Part shown: in pieces, positions 1-10,596 of the stretch | Numbering within the stretch: position 1 is the stretch's first letter | Layout: each line of letters starts with the position of its first letter | Origin: a virus | Virus record (IMG/VR): IMGVR_UViG_3300020020_000001 | Coordinates: 1 to 64,000 of that record | DNA length: 64,000 bases | Direction: 5' to 3' (one strand) | Notes under the pieces: generated by a model | The model's input: the letters and a program-made list of their open reading frames with translations, nothing else | Told to the model about the DNA's origin: nothing | Database searches by the model: none | Position numbers and translations under genes: made by a program

Positions 1-74
1 GTGTATTTTTGATGTCAGAAAGTTGACATGTTAATATTTTAAAGAAACGGAAAGTAGTGTTGGAAATCAAACAG

Positions 75-103
75 TAGACATAGCCCATATCCAGTCGTAC
101 TCT
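75..103 (+). promoter_or_regulatory. Putative housekeeping-sigma promoter for the virion operon
   Basis: TAGACA-N17-TACTCT upstream of the first gene. Confidence 0.4.
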
Positions 104-137
104 GTTCTTGAGGTCTCAGCGCAGGGAGGTGACGAAG

Positions 138-476
138 ATGAGCAAGGATGACCGGCTACCCGATGACGCAGGCGAGTGGGATGCCGAAAAAGCACTCCGC
201 AATCTGCGAATGGAACAAGCATTAGACGCGCATGGCACTCCGCAGACCACTGCTAAGCGGTTGTTTGAGGAAAGTCTTCCTGTTGCTACAATGGCTATTG
301 TCCACCTCGCACAGTACTCAATGACTGAAGTTATTCGGTTTAACGCCGCGAAGTACATTGTTGAGCGCACCATGGGTCCTGCCGAGCGTCAGGTAAGCAT
401 TGACGGACGGCACGCCTGGGATGACATTTACGAGAATGTCGTTGAAGAAGCGACAGGCTATCTGAATCAGGGCTGA
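138..476 (+). CDS. Probable terminase small subunit
   Basis: Small helical protein at the start of the virion operon upstream of TerL; GGAGG RBS before ATG at 138 (track ORF starts at 108). Confidence 0.5.
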   Translation: MSKDDRLPDDAGEWDAEKALRNLRMEQALDAHGTPQTTAKRLFEESLPVATMAIVHLAQYSMTEVIRFNAAKYIVERTMGPAERQVSIDGRHAWDDIYENVVEEATGYLNQG

Positions 477-650
477 GAAGTATGTAGGCAATATGGCTAC
501 AAGAGCGTAGTCTGCATACACTACATACTTCTCGGCTCGACGCTACCATGCCTGTGGGGGTGGGTCAGATGAGGGAATGTGGAAATAGAAGCCTGTGAAT
601 GTCTGATAATGTGCGAAAAGGCACCAATATTAGAACGGAGAAGGTGGTGA

Positions 651-1157
651 ATGATGGCTGTTAGACGAGCGCTGCGTGGAGATAACGTAATTTATCGCAA
701 TGCTAAGGGTGAGAGCATGGCGGTAGTTATTAGTGCTGGTCAGGGGCCGGCGCCGAGTGCTCCCGTTGCTGTTGGCTCAGGGACCGGGGGGACGCTGGCC
801 GCTGCGACGTATACGTATAAGAATACGTATGTCAAGGACGGTATTGAGTCTGAGTTGAGTGCAGCGTCAAACTCGTATGTGGCTACCGGAGCGACGAGTA
901 GTGTGGCGTTAACGGTGGCTGTGGTTGCCGGTGCGACTTCGTATAAGGTTTATGGACGGACAGGTGGTTCGTTCTTACTGATGACGACACTGACTGCGCC
1001 GACGGTTCTTTATACTGATACCGCAGCAGATACCCCAGCAGGTGCTGCGCCGGCTGCTAATCAGAACATTACCTTCCGCACTCCGTATGCTGGCCATGCA
1101 CAGTTGACTGGTATTCTACCTGGTCTGACTGCGGGTACCTACCAGCGGATTTACTAA
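651..1157 (+). CDS. Virion decoration-like protein with Ig/FnIII-like domain
   Basis: Thr/Ala/Gly-rich; segment GGTLAAATYTYK...GATSYKVYGRTGG matches the N-terminal domain of the major tail protein at 10597. Confidence 0.55.
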   Translation: MMAVRRALRGDNVIYRNAKGESMAVVISAGQGPAPSAPVAVGSGTGGTLAAATYTYKNTYVKDGIESELSAASNSYVATGATSSVALTVAVVAGATSYKVYGRTGGSFLLMTTLTAPTVLYTDTAADTPAGAAPAANQNITFRTPYAGHAQLTGILPGLTAGTYQRIY

Positions 1158-1166
1158 GGACTTCCT

Positions 1167-1424
1167 GTGGGCATTGATAACAAATACGGTCAGGTTATTG
1201 TGTCTGGTAGCACTATTGCTGAAGATGAGCCGGTGGTTGTCTTCAGAGCGCAGGACAAGATGCTACCGGATTTATTGAAGATATACAAAATACTTTGTAA
1301 AGCCGCAGGAAGTCCGAAAAAGCACTTAGATTTGATTCATGAGTCGGCGGAGCAGATTCGTGCTTGGCAGGCTGAGAACTTCACTCAAGTTCCACAGAGT
1401 GTGAACTACAAACCGGAGGGCTGA
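1167..1424 (+). CDS. Hypothetical phage protein
   Basis: ORF with EDEPVVVFRAQD motif, RBS AAGGA, in operon. Confidence 0.6.
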   Translation: MGIDNKYGQVIVSGSTIAEDEPVVVFRAQDKMLPDLLKIYKILCKAAGSPKKHLDLIHESAEQIRAWQAENFTQVPQSVNYKPEG

Positions 1425-1425
1425 G

Positions 1426-1641
1426 ATGGCTTGGCTCCCACAGGTCAATGGCCACGTGCAGATTATGTACTTAGATGTCAGTCTGAACTGTATTAAGCTG
1501 CACCCGGGGATTATTACCGCAGTAGTTAACCCAACAACACAAACGATAGACGTGCGCGTAGGCCGAAGTGGTCAGACGTTTGCGGCATTGATTCGTCGAT
1601 TCGACCCGGCCGTCAAGGTTTACCCTTGCTATGTCCCATAG
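1426..1641 (+). CDS. Hypothetical protein
   Basis: Tightly packed ORF with GGAGG RBS. Confidence 0.55.
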   Translation: MAWLPQVNGHVQIMYLDVSLNCIKLHPGIITAVVNPTTQTIDVRVGRSGQTFAALIRRFDPAVKVYPCYVP

Positions 1642-1650
1642 GGGGCAAAA

Positions 1651-1815
1651 ATGTTTGCACTTATTGCGGCAATTATTTGGTTTTTAGCTGCTTTTGGTGT
1701 TAAGCCTGGGAGTGTAGATTTGCTACTGCTCGGACTTGCGTTCTTAGCACTACATTTCTGCTGGGCTTGGGCACCTTGGACTGGTTACATTGGTCGACAA
1801 AACCCACCTGCATAA
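1651..1815 (+). CDS. Small 2-TM membrane protein (54 aa, below the track cutoff)
   Basis: MFALIAAIIWFLAAFGVKPGSVDLLLLGLAFLALHFCWAWAPW...; fills the gap before TerL. Confidence 0.6.
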   Translation: MFALIAAIIWFLAAFGVKPGSVDLLLLGLAFLALHFCWAWAPWTGYIGRQNPPA

Positions 1816-1849
1816 TACTTAACAAGGACGAGAAGAACGCAGGAGTGTC

Positions 1850-3259
1850 ATGAGTGTGGATGCGATTCGTGCGGTTTCGAAGGATAAATTCTTCGCGCAT
1901 ATAGGCTATAAACCGCACGAAAAGCAACAATTATTCCACAAGAGTGCAGCTAGATTCAAAATTCCAGTGTGTGGCCGCCGATTTGGCAAAACATACATGG
2001 GTGCCCGTGAAGCTGAGCCGCTGCTTATGGTACCAAATAAGCTGATTTGGATTGTTGGTCCTACCTATGACCTTGGAGAGAAGGAATTCCGGGTCATTTG
2101 GCAGGACATGATTGTTAAGCTTGGGTTGGGAAAAGAGAAAACTGTCAAGCGCGCGTTCAACAAACGAGCTGGCGACATGTTCATCGAATTTCCTTGGAAT
2201 ACGCGGCTTGAAGTGCGGAGCGCAGACCGACCCGAGACGTTGGTTGGTGATGCCCTTGACTACGTGATTATGGCCGAAGCGGCAAAGCATACTAAGGAAA
2301 CCTGGGACCGGTTCATTCGACCTGCATTGGCGGACCGTCGTGGGAACGCGACGTTCAGCACCACACCCGAAGGGCAGAACTGGATTCACGACCTGTGGCA
2401 AATGGGTCGGAACCCGTTGTTTGAAGATTATGAGTCATGGCGATTTCCATCGTGGGAAAATAAGGTTATTTACCCTGGTGGCCGGCAGGACCCAGAAATT
2501 GTGCTGCTCGAACGAACAATGCCATTTGAATGGTTCCTCCAAGAAATTGCTGCCGACTTCACCTCATTCATGGGCAAGATTTATTCTGAGTGGGATGAAG
2601 TTACCCATGTGCGACCAACAAAATTCAACCCAGCCTGGAAAAACTACATAGCATTTGACTGGGGTTTCGTTAACCCGATGGCCGCAGTAGAATTTCAGGT
2701 TGACCCAATGGACCGTGTCCATGTTTGGCGCATGCATTATAAGACACATACTCGGTTGGAAACTTTCCTCAATGAAATGAAGACTCGACCACAGCCGGAC
2801 GGTTACCACATTAACTTGTGCTTTGGCGATGCCGCCGACCCAGAAGCTACAGCAACAGTCTGCGAAAAATTCTTTGCCTGCCTAAGTGACCCGATGTCTA
2901 AGAACAATTGGCGAGAAGGCATAGATTTAGTAAAAGGATTTTTGCGGACCCAGACCGTAGGCGAGGCCGACGAATACGGGACGCCAGTGGACGAGCCGTG
3001 GCTGTTCGTGGACCCGTCCTGTGGGGACCTGATTCGAGAGTTCAACAACTACCGGGCGGCTGCGCCAAGCTCAGGCAAACCGAGAAACCCACGCGAAGAT
3101 GCCCAAAAGTATGATGACCACGCACTCGATGCGCTACGCTACGGTCTTATGCACATTTTCAAGCTGGGCGCAACGCAGAGTTTGAGCAGTACTGTCGACG
3201 CGAGTGACCTAACTCAAGTTCCTAGCTCTGGCTACTTTACTTCGAACATGAGCTTCTGA
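1850..3259 (+). CDS. terL: Terminase large subunit
   Basis: Walker A CGRRFGKT, Walker B-like YVIMAEAA, nuclease FDWGF and C-terminal DDHALDALRY. Confidence 0.95.
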   Translation: MSVDAIRAVSKDKFFAHIGYKPHEKQQLFHKSAARFKIPVCGRRFGKTYMGAREAEPLLMVPNKLIWIVGPTYDLGEKEFRVIWQDMIVKLGLGKEKTVKRAFNKRAGDMFIEFPWNTRLEVRSADRPETLVGDALDYVIMAEAAKHTKETWDRFIRPALADRRGNATFSTTPEGQNWIHDLWQMGRNPLFEDYESWRFPSWENKVIYPGGRQDPEIVLLERTMPFEWFLQEIAADFTSFMGKIYSEWDEVTHVRPTKFNPAWKNYIAFDWGFVNPMAAVEFQVDPMDRVHVWRMHYKTHTRLETFLNEMKTRPQPDGYHINLCFGDAADPEATATVCEKFFACLSDPMSKNNWREGIDLVKGFLRTQTVGEADEYGTPVDEPWLFVDPSCGDLIREFNNYRAAAPSSGKPRNPREDAQKYDDHALDALRYGLMHIFKLGATQSLSSTVDASDLTQVPSSGYFTSNMSF

Positions 3260-3657
3260 TGACGAATAGCAAAACTCGTGACGACCTAGTAGTCAAAGAT
3301 ACCTGTCCGCGCCGGCAAGAGAACCACCTCATAGTAGAAGAATTACTCGATGGTTGGCACTGGCGCGGCCAATTGCTCCATTGCACCTACTGTGGGTCAT
3401 TACAACCAGACATGCTGCTGAGTCTCATGGCCGCAAATACAGGGTGCGAGCTTGGACCCACAGACAAGAACTATAAGGTGTACGTGCGGCAACAAGGTGT
3501 CCATGTGGGCAAATTCTACTTCCAGCATTTTAGTGTAGCGAACTGCCAGCGGTTCATTGAACTTTACAACCAGAAACCGCGCACCTTCACTGTGGGTTAC
3601 CCACACCACTTTTATGTGCTACCGTTCTTCGTCGCATTGGAAGGGAGGGATAAATGA
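3259..3657 (+). CDS. Hypothetical protein (CxxCGS motif)
   Basis: Coupled ORF between TerL and portal; HCTYCGSL, TDKNYKVY, KFYFQH. Confidence 0.65.
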   Translation: MTNSKTRDDLVVKDTCPRRQENHLIVEELLDGWHWRGQLLHCTYCGSLQPDMLLSLMAANTGCELGPTDKNYKVYVRQQGVHVGKFYFQHFSVANCQRFIELYNQKPRTFTVGYPHHFYVLPFFVALEGRDK

Positions 3658-5210
3658 CGAGCGTAGAAGAAGCCGTTGCAGTTATTGAGGAAAACATTGG
3701 CTTGAAGATTGAGTCGATGAACCTCAATGAAGTGCTTAATGATGACCGCTACGAGTTAATCAACACAGTATATGACCCAGTCAATGGTTCATACATTGTG
3801 ATGGCAGAGCGTGACCCCCGGTTGTCTGTGGGTGTGGCAACGCGAGAGTTGGGTTATAGCTCGCCATCTCCGTTTACCGCGTGGACGCGCGAGGAGCGGG
3901 TTGGTGAGTTAAGAGACAAGCTTGGCATTCGCAAGTACTATGACATGAAGCGGGCCGATGGTACTATTCGTGGGGCGCTGCGCCTGCTGAAGACTCCAGT
4001 GATGGCAGCTCGTTGGTTTGTCGAGCCGGCTAGTGATTCTACTATTGACCAAAACATTGCCAAGTTTGTGCAAAAGAACCTGTTTGAGCAGCTTAATACA
4101 CCATGGCACCGAGTGCTAGAAGATGCCTTGCTCATGTGTGAGTATGGTTACATGCCGCTAGAGAAGGTGTACGGTGTTGACTCTGACGGCAGAATTATTC
4201 TAAGAAAACTAGCACCAAGACACCCGCTTGATATTCAGGAATGGCTTTACGATGCAGCCGGTGGGCCAGACGCTATTGTCATGGACCCAACCGAGGCGAA
4301 TGGCTTCGAGAATATTCTTATACCAATCGAGAAGCTGGTAGTCTTCGTCCTAGAGCAAGAAGCTGGTGATATGCGTGGCATTTCCATCCTTCGGTCAGCA
4401 TATAAACACTACTTTTACAAAGACACACTCTATAAGATTGATGCTATTCAGAAGGAACGACACGGTATTGGTGTCCCAATTATTAAGCTCCCAATGGGTT
4501 TCACTGCCGCCGATCGAGTCCTCGCGGATGATCTTGGTAGAAACCTTAGAACCAACGAGCGGGCGCACATTACGGTTCCGGCCAACTGGGAAGTACTCTT
4601 TGCCAAGTTAGAAGGACAACCGGTTGACTGTCTGCCATCGATTCAACACCATAACGATCAGATTATGCAAAACATTATTGCGCCATTCTACAACGATAGT
4701 AATGCTAAAGAAGACTCAATGAACATGTTCTACAAAGGTACCCGATACATTGCGGCGACAATTGCTGATACGATGAACCGCTACGTGATTAAGCAACTCG
4801 TAGACTTCAACTATTCTCGTGGTTCCTACCCTATTCTTCGGGCTCGACGTATCGGGGAGAATGAGGACCTGCGTACTTGGTCTTTCGCCTTCCGAAACTT
4901 GGTTGGTGCTGGCGCTATTCAACCAGATGATGAGTTGGAAAAGTTCTTACGCATCGAGCTTGACCTACCTCCAATGGACAAGGCAACGACGCGGGCCTTG
5001 CTTCAGCCACAGAACCCTGATGATCCAAACAACCAAGCTAATCCGAATGATGATGAAAAAGATGTCAACGACCAACTAAAGAATAACCACCTTTCGAACC
5101 CGACTGACACGGTTGGACCACCAAGAGTTGGTCTCCCTCGTCAGAAAACGAGTCCACCTGTGGGCCTGCCAGCAAAAAACACTGGCCGCGACAGATCTGG
5201 TGGTAATTAG
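3654..5210 (+). CDS. Portal protein (DUF935/Mu gp29-like)
   Basis: Position; motifs YGYMPLEKVY, GISILRSAYKHY, ERHGIGVPI. Confidence 0.88.
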   Translation: MTSVEEAVAVIEENIGLKIESMNLNEVLNDDRYELINTVYDPVNGSYIVMAERDPRLSVGVATRELGYSSPSPFTAWTREERVGELRDKLGIRKYYDMKRADGTIRGALRLLKTPVMAARWFVEPASDSTIDQNIAKFVQKNLFEQLNTPWHRVLEDALLMCEYGYMPLEKVYGVDSDGRIILRKLAPRHPLDIQEWLYDAAGGPDAIVMDPTEANGFENILIPIEKLVVFVLEQEAGDMRGISILRSAYKHYFYKDTLYKIDAIQKERHGIGVPIIKLPMGFTAADRVLADDLGRNLRTNERAHITVPANWEVLFAKLEGQPVDCLPSIQHHNDQIMQNIIAPFYNDSNAKEDSMNMFYKGTRYIAATIADTMNRYVIKQLVDFNYSRGSYPILRARRIGENEDLRTWSFAFRNLVGAGAIQPDDELEKFLRIELDLPPMDKATTRALLQPQNPDDPNNQANPNDDEKDVNDQLKNNHLSNPTDTVGPPRVGLPRQKTSPPVGLPAKNTGRDRSGGN

Positions 5211-5227
5211 TAAAAGGGAGGAATAGC

Positions 5228-5500
5228 ATGCGAGCTGAGCCAGTTCTGTCAGTACGCCAACGCAGATTGATGCAGACAATTCCGCCAGTGGAGTCGGTGC
5301 GTCAGAAAACTGTCATTGAGATGTCTGACCGGATGGTACGTGGATTCAAAAAGAACGCTCAGAGGATTGCGAACAAGCAAGGAACAACGTACGATAAAGC
5401 CGCTGCCATCCTGGCCGCGTCTACCCGTCGCGCCTCCGCCGCAGCAAGACGTAGAAATCCCCGTCTGAACAAGGTTAATGGTAAAGGGGATAATAAATGA
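5228..5500 (+). CDS. Small basic hypothetical protein
   Basis: Arg/Lys-rich ORF with RBS between portal and protease. Confidence 0.55.
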   Translation: MRAEPVLSVRQRRLMQTIPPVESVRQKTVIEMSDRMVRGFKKNAQRIANKQGTTYDKAAAILAASTRRASAAARRRNPRLNKVNGKGDNK

Positions 5501-6609
5501 AGTCCAGCTTTGTTCTCGACGTTGAGGGTCTAACCTTCAGCGACACCAATGGTGTAGAGGGTAGCTGGGTTCATGCCCTACCAATTGGCGCTTACAAGCA
5601 TCCTGTATATGGCACAATTGAGATCACTCCTGATCGTGCCAAGAACTTCGCAGATGGTGTAAAGTCCAAGGTTCGTGGCATTGATCCTAGTATCAACTAC
5701 AACCATGACAACAAAGATGTTGCGGCCGGGTGGGTTAAAGATGCCGATGCCCGTGTTGATGGCCTTTGGCTCTTTGTTGAGTGGGTAAAGAACGCCGCAC
5801 AGAAGATCAAAGACAAAGAGTGGCGTTACTTTTCTTCGGAATTCGAAGATGAGTGGGAAGACTCAACTGGTAAGAAGCACAAGGACGTCATCCTTGGCGG
5901 TGCGCTTACAAACCGACCATTCATGAAGAACCTTGTGCCTATCAACCTATCAGAGGCAACCTACAGTCTCGCCTTCGACCTCGTTGCTGCTGCAACAGGT
6001 ACAGACCCGGATGCCCTGAAGGGGGGTAACATGCCACTAAGTGAAGACGATCTGAAGAAGATTGTCGAAGGTGTTACAACCAAGCTAGCAGAAGCCAAGG
6101 TCACTGATTCTGCACCAACGAAGTCTCTCGCGGATCTGCCGGAGCTAAAGGCGCTTGCAGAAGAGAACCCGATGGTTGCTACTCTGATTAAGTTTGTTGA
6201 GACGCAGAAGGTTGAGCTTACTTCTAACGCTCAGGCACTACGTCTAGCAGAGGTTGACCGGAAGCTGGCCGACTTCGATCGCTCGAAGATTGTGCTAACG
6301 CCAGTTGCACGTAAGCTTGCCGGTGACATCATGATGTCACTGAGTGATGACCTCCAGGAGCCATTCTGGAAGCTGCTTACGGAAATGAAGCGTGGTTCCT
6401 CGTTCCTAGTAGAGCTAGGCGAGCGGGCCGGAGCTACTGTGAACTACGGTTCACACAAGTCAGCCGTGCAGATGTTTGATGATGCCTGCAAGAAGCTTAT
6501 GTCTGAGGAAAAGCTCAGCATGTCCGACGCACTAGAGCGTGCAGCGGCGAACGACCCTAACCTATACGCTCGTTACCGCGCTGAGCTAATGGAAGGGGTG
6601 ACTAACTAA
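5497..6609 (+). CDS. Capsid maturation protease/scaffold (Mu I-like)
   Basis: YNH, AAGWV, WRYFSSEF, GGALTNRPF motifs; helical C-terminal scaffold region. Confidence 0.88.
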   Translation: MKSSFVLDVEGLTFSDTNGVEGSWVHALPIGAYKHPVYGTIEITPDRAKNFADGVKSKVRGIDPSINYNHDNKDVAAGWVKDADARVDGLWLFVEWVKNAAQKIKDKEWRYFSSEFEDEWEDSTGKKHKDVILGGALTNRPFMKNLVPINLSEATYSLAFDLVAAATGTDPDALKGGNMPLSEDDLKKIVEGVTTKLAEAKVTDSAPTKSLADLPELKALAEENPMVATLIKFVETQKVELTSNAQALRLAEVDRKLADFDRSKIVLTPVARKLAGDIMMSLSDDLQEPFWKLLTEMKRGSSFLVELGERAGATVNYGSHKSAVQMFDDACKKLMSEEKLSMSDALERAAANDPNLYARYRAELMEGVTN

Positions 6610-7043
6610 TGGCTGGTGCTGGTGCAAACTTTGTCCTAGACAAGGGCTTCCTAGCCATGCCCACATACAACAGCTCTGCGGCTGCTGGTGTGGTTGCAAA
6701 CCGATTCGTGAAGTTTGGTGCTACGGCCGGAACTGTAGACCTGAATGTTGCTTCTACTACACGCTCTATTGGTGTGGTTATGGAGAACGTTGATGCAGCC
6801 AAGGTTGTCACTGGTAAGGTAGTAGTTGACGTACGCATGATGGGTATTGCTACCGTTGTTGTTACAACTGCTACTTCTCTTGTACTTGGTAGCGTTGTAA
6901 TGTCATCCACCACTGGTGGCGTGCTGCTTGCTGCAACTGCTACCAACATTCCACTTGGCATTCTCGTTGGAATCACTGGAACTGTAGCGGCTGGTGACCT
7001 GGTTCAGGTTCTACTATGCCCTGGCCTACCTGCGATCCCATAA
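6609..7043 (+). CDS. Capsid decoration/cement protein
   Basis: Position before the MCP; small beta-rich Ala/Val/Gly protein ending AAGDLVQVLL. Confidence 0.7.
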   Translation: MAGAGANFVLDKGFLAMPTYNSSAAAGVVANRFVKFGATAGTVDLNVASTTRSIGVVMENVDAAKVVTGKVVVDVRMMGIATVVVTTATSLVLGSVVMSSTTGGVLLAATATNIPLGILVGITGTVAAGDLVQVLLCPGLPAIP

Positions 7044-7330
7044 TGCTCTATTTGGAAAAGAAGACCAGATTCGCAGCGATTCAATGGACTGGAAGTAATC
7101 AGTCTGATGTAGAAGATTTTGTTGCGCTTCTGCCACAACTTGATCCATTTTACCAACAGTTTACATCGGTTTCTGTGTCCGATTCTAGTGGCACATTAAC
7201 CATATCCTGGAGTGGTGGATCAACGATTGTCTACACAAACTATTGGGTTGTAGAAGGAATTATTGCTGGTGTCATGTTGGCATCGGCACTAGATGTTCTT
7301 CCGTATACATACTCTTTGGTTTCTCCGTAA
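7043..7330 (+). CDS. Hypothetical protein
   Basis: AIQWTGSN motif; TAATG coupling to the upstream gene suggests a start at 7043. Confidence 0.55.
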   Translation: MLYLEKKTRFAAIQWTGSNQSDVEDFVALLPQLDPFYQQFTSVSVSDSSGTLTISWSGGSTIVYTNYWVVEGIIAGVMLASALDVLPYTYSLVSP

Positions 7331-7351
7331 TTTGAAGGGAGGGTAAACTAG

Positions 7352-8326
7352 ATGGCGGCTTACAACCCGACTGGGTCTGGCAACGTTCACACCGATCAGA
7401 TTCTTACACAGATCAGTGTAGCGTGGCCAAACAACGGACTAGTAGGTGAGCGGCTTTTGCCTTCGGTGAAGGTACAAAAGCAGTCAGATAAGTACTACAT
7501 CTTCGGGCGTGAAGGTTGGCTTCCAGAGGACGACAACCGTGCTCCTGGAACTGTGGCGAATGAGATTCAAGGATACACGCTTTCCACAGACACCTACTAC
7601 GCTCGTGAGCACTCTCTTCAGATTCCTGTAACGGACGAAGAGCGTGACAATGTTGACTCACCACTTGCACCAGACCGTGACGCAACCGAGCTAGTTACGT
7701 CCAAGATTATGCTTGGTCGTGAGGTTGCAATCAAGACGCTTGTTACCACAACGGCTAACTACGCGTCTGGTCTTAGCACCACACTTGTTGGTGCAGCTCA
7801 GTGGAATGCAGCCAACTACGCAACGTCAGACCCAATTTCTGACCTGCGTGCCGGCAAGGTAGCGGTTCACGCTAAGATTTTCCAGGAGCCAAACACTCTG
7901 GTAGTTCCTTACCAGGTTATGGCTGCTCTGGAGGATCACCCAGACTTCCTAGAGCGTATCAAGTACTCTGAGCGGGCGATTTTCAGCCCAGAGCTTCTAG
8001 CTGCCATTCTAGGTTTCTCTACCGTGATCGTGCCTGGCGTTGGTATCAACTCTGCTAACCCTGGTGCTACTGCCTCGCTCGGCTACCTGTGGGGCAAGGA
8101 CGTTGTTATGGCATGGGTGCCTCCGCGTCCAGGTCTGAAGATTCCTGCCTTTGGTTATGAGTTTACCTGGGGTAGTCAGTATGTTGACCGCTGGCGTGAG
8201 GAGCCACGAAAGTCGGATCTTATCCGTGCTTCTCGTCGTTATGACCTCAAGCTAGTAGCACAAGGTGAAGGCGCCGACGCAGGTAAGTCAATTGCAGGAT
8301 ACCTCATCAAAGCCGCGATTGCGTAG
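7352..8326 (+). CDS. Major capsid protein
   Basis: 324 aa after protease and decoration genes; D..LTQIS, SDPISDL, WGKDVV, FGYEF motifs. Confidence 0.9.
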   Translation: MAAYNPTGSGNVHTDQILTQISVAWPNNGLVGERLLPSVKVQKQSDKYYIFGREGWLPEDDNRAPGTVANEIQGYTLSTDTYYAREHSLQIPVTDEERDNVDSPLAPDRDATELVTSKIMLGREVAIKTLVTTTANYASGLSTTLVGAAQWNAANYATSDPISDLRAGKVAVHAKIFQEPNTLVVPYQVMAALEDHPDFLERIKYSERAIFSPELLAAILGFSTVIVPGVGINSANPGATASLGYLWGKDVVMAWVPPRPGLKIPAFGYEFTWGSQYVDRWREEPRKSDLIRASRRYDLKLVAQGEGADAGKSIAGYLIKAAIA

Positions 8327-8338
8327 TTGAGGAGAATC

Positions 8339-8716
8339 ATGCCAAAGAAGCTATTTGCGGTTACTAACGTCAAGTTCAGTGGTGACGGTGCCGATTTCGT
8401 TGCTGCTGGCAATGAAGTAGATCCTTCTAAGTTCTCCAAGGAAGATCTAGTTGCACTTCATGATGCTGGCGCCATTGAGGTACGCATTGTGGAAGCTGAG
8501 GAGAAGGTTGCAGAGCGGCCTTCACCACTCGACGACCCAGACGCAGTGGTAGTAGACGAAGTAGCAGAAGCCAAGGCTAAGGAAGCTGCTGACAAGAAGG
8601 CAGCCGACGAAAAGGCAGCGGCTGAGAAGAAAGCTGCGGAAGACGTGGTTAAGGCTGCTACTCCAGCAAAGACAACGCCAACTTCGACGCCTGCCAAGTC
8701 GGAGGGCACTAAGTAA
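8339..8716 (+). CDS. Hypothetical head-associated protein, Ala/Lys/Glu-rich C-terminus
   Basis: ORF after the MCP with RBS GAGGAG. Confidence 0.65.
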   Translation: MPKKLFAVTNVKFSGDGADFVAAGNEVDPSKFSKEDLVALHDAGAIEVRIVEAEEKVAERPSPLDDPDAVVVDEVAEAKAKEAADKKAADEKAAAEKKAAEDVVKAATPAKTTPTSTPAKSEGTK

Positions 8717-8728
8717 GATAGGGGCGTA

Positions 8729-9181
8729 ATGGCACGTATTACCCCCGATGACGCGCAGGGGTGGGGAGAATCTACAAAACTAGATCTCTCCACCCTTGAT
8801 GCGTCATTGCTGAATCAAATTGAAGCAGAGATACTAGGTAGGCTAAGCAGCGCCTACGACTCTACCCTGTGGGTAGACGACTTAACTACACCAACCCTGG
8901 TTAAAGTCATCATTGCTAAGACTTATGTTGCTTGGTTCTACGATAGACAATACAGTGAGAATCAAGACGAAGGCAATGATTACGCAGCACTACTGCGCAT
9001 GAACGCAGAAATGCTTATGACTGGACTTATTGATGGAACCATAGACATTCCTGATGTTCCTCAAGTAGGTAGTGGTTTGGGTGCTAGCTTCTATCCTAAT
9101 GATGCATCTTCGGCACAAGAACCAACCTTTGATGATCCATCACTAGGACCATCTAAGTTCAGTATGGGCAGAGTGTTCTAA
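8729..9181 (+). CDS. Head-to-tail adaptor
   Basis: Position and Mu gp36-like helical pattern. Confidence 0.65.
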   Translation: MARITPDDAQGWGESTKLDLSTLDASLLNQIEAEILGRLSSAYDSTLWVDDLTTPTLVKVIIAKTYVAWFYDRQYSENQDEGNDYAALLRMNAEMLMTGLIDGTIDIPDVPQVGSGLGASFYPNDASSAQEPTFDDPSLGPSKFSMGRVF

Positions 9182-9903
9182 TGACTAGCCCGTTCCCTCG
9201 GCCAACGCCGTTTATTATTTCTCAGGCTGTTTCGAGCGGGCTAAGTATACCTGCCATTCAAATTGACCCAAGACTAAACTTCGTACAAGGTGCTTTCCTC
9301 TTTGCTAGTGATATTGATAAGATGGAAATGGGATTTCGCACTTGGAAAAAGCCACTCGAAGAAGCTAGAGATGCTGTAGTTATTCCGTCAGTAGTAAAGA
9401 ACTTCACAGCTGAAGGTCGACCAAGGTGGCAAGCATTACAAGCCAGTACCATTCAAAATAGACTTTATATGGGATTTCCTCGTGGACCAATTCTAGAGCG
9501 TACGGGTCGACTTCGCAAAGCCGCAACGAGGAAGAACATTTGGGAACTTGTTAGTGCTGTAGGCCGAGAAGGCTATGACATGCTGAGCCTACGTACTACC
9601 TTCCTTGATGGTATGGTTCCGTATGCAGAATTTCACCAACTTGGTGCAGGCATGCGCCGTGGACGAAGAGTTGGCGATGTGAAAGGTTCCATTAGTCGTA
9701 CCGGAGATTTCTCTGGCTTTCAGTTTAGGCACAGAGAAGCCAATGCAGCGGCTGGTGGTGACACACGAATATTCAAAATTCCGCCACGACCATTCATTCA
9801 GCTCACTGTTGATGAAGAAATAGAAATCTACGGAATTTTCTTCAACTTCATGTCGGATCAGGTAGACAAATATTGGGGTCCAGAATCTAGGGGACTAATC
9901 TAA
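9181..9903 (+). CDS. Virion morphogenesis/tail completion protein (Mu gpG-like)
   Basis: F..EGRP.W..L, IL.RTGRL, PYAEFHQLG, IPPRPF motifs. Confidence 0.8.
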   Translation: MTSPFPRPTPFIISQAVSSGLSIPAIQIDPRLNFVQGAFLFASDIDKMEMGFRTWKKPLEEARDAVVIPSVVKNFTAEGRPRWQALQASTIQNRLYMGFPRGPILERTGRLRKAATRKNIWELVSAVGREGYDMLSLRTTFLDGMVPYAEFHQLGAGMRRGRRVGDVKGSISRTGDFSGFQFRHREANAAAGGDTRIFKIPPRPFIQLTVDEEIEIYGIFFNFMSDQVDKYWGPESRGLI

Positions 9904-10373
9904 TGGCAGTACATACAGATGACGATGCCACAGTGGCACAAGCTATTGAGGTATTGGTTAACGCGAATAAAGCTGCACTGCTACTAGATGATGTTCTCTA
10001 TGGTGATCACAATATGATACCTCATGCCTCTGCGGCAATCATTATGCCGGGTGGAATGCGACGCGAACTTGCTGGCGTTGCGGCTCCTGGTGGTAGAACA
10101 GCAAACAACATGATGGTTGAAGTTGTTCTACACTGGAGCAAAGTTGGCGATGAAGCCACAGAACGTAAAGCTGCTGATCAACGTGGGAAGCTGCTGGAAC
10201 GTAAACTACATGAAGATACTACGCTCGGTGGAATAATTATTCACGGTTTTGTGAACCAAGTGGACCGTGGAAATACCATTATGGGCAATAACAATATGTT
10301 CCGTACTGTACGTATGGTGTATATTGCGATGACAAAGACCTACCTATCACCTCCGGCCGCGCCGACGTCATAG
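9903..10373 (+). CDS. Tail terminator-like protein
   Basis: Position; DTTLGG motif. Confidence 0.6.
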   Translation: MAVHTDDDATVAQAIEVLVNANKAALLLDDVLYGDHNMIPHASAAIIMPGGMRRELAGVAAPGGRTANNMMVEVVLHWSKVGDEATERKAADQRGKLLERKLHEDTTLGGIIIHGFVNQVDRGNTIMGNNNMFRTVRMVYIAMTKTYLSPPAAPTS

Positions 10374-10381
10374 GAGTATCC

Positions 10382-10582
10382 ATGCTGCATCTCGAAATAG
10401 AGTCCGATAGGGACGTACTAGTCGATGGAATCGGACTTCTGCCGGCTGGTCAGTCAGTAGAGGTTACTGAGGAAATGCTAAGAAACTTTGAACTACGGAA
10501 TCACGTGAAGTTGGCGGGAGCAAATCTACCTCCATACGTTCAAGTTTCCGCTGTTTTGTCATCCGACGAGCCTACTGAGTAG
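10382..10582 (+). CDS. Hypothetical protein
   Basis: Small ORF with AGGAG RBS before the tail tube gene. Confidence 0.55.
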   Translation: MLHLEIESDRDVLVDGIGLLPAGQSVEVTEEMLRNFELRNHVKLAGANLPPYVQVSAVLSSDEPTE

Positions 10583-10596
10583 AGGGGAGGGTAGCT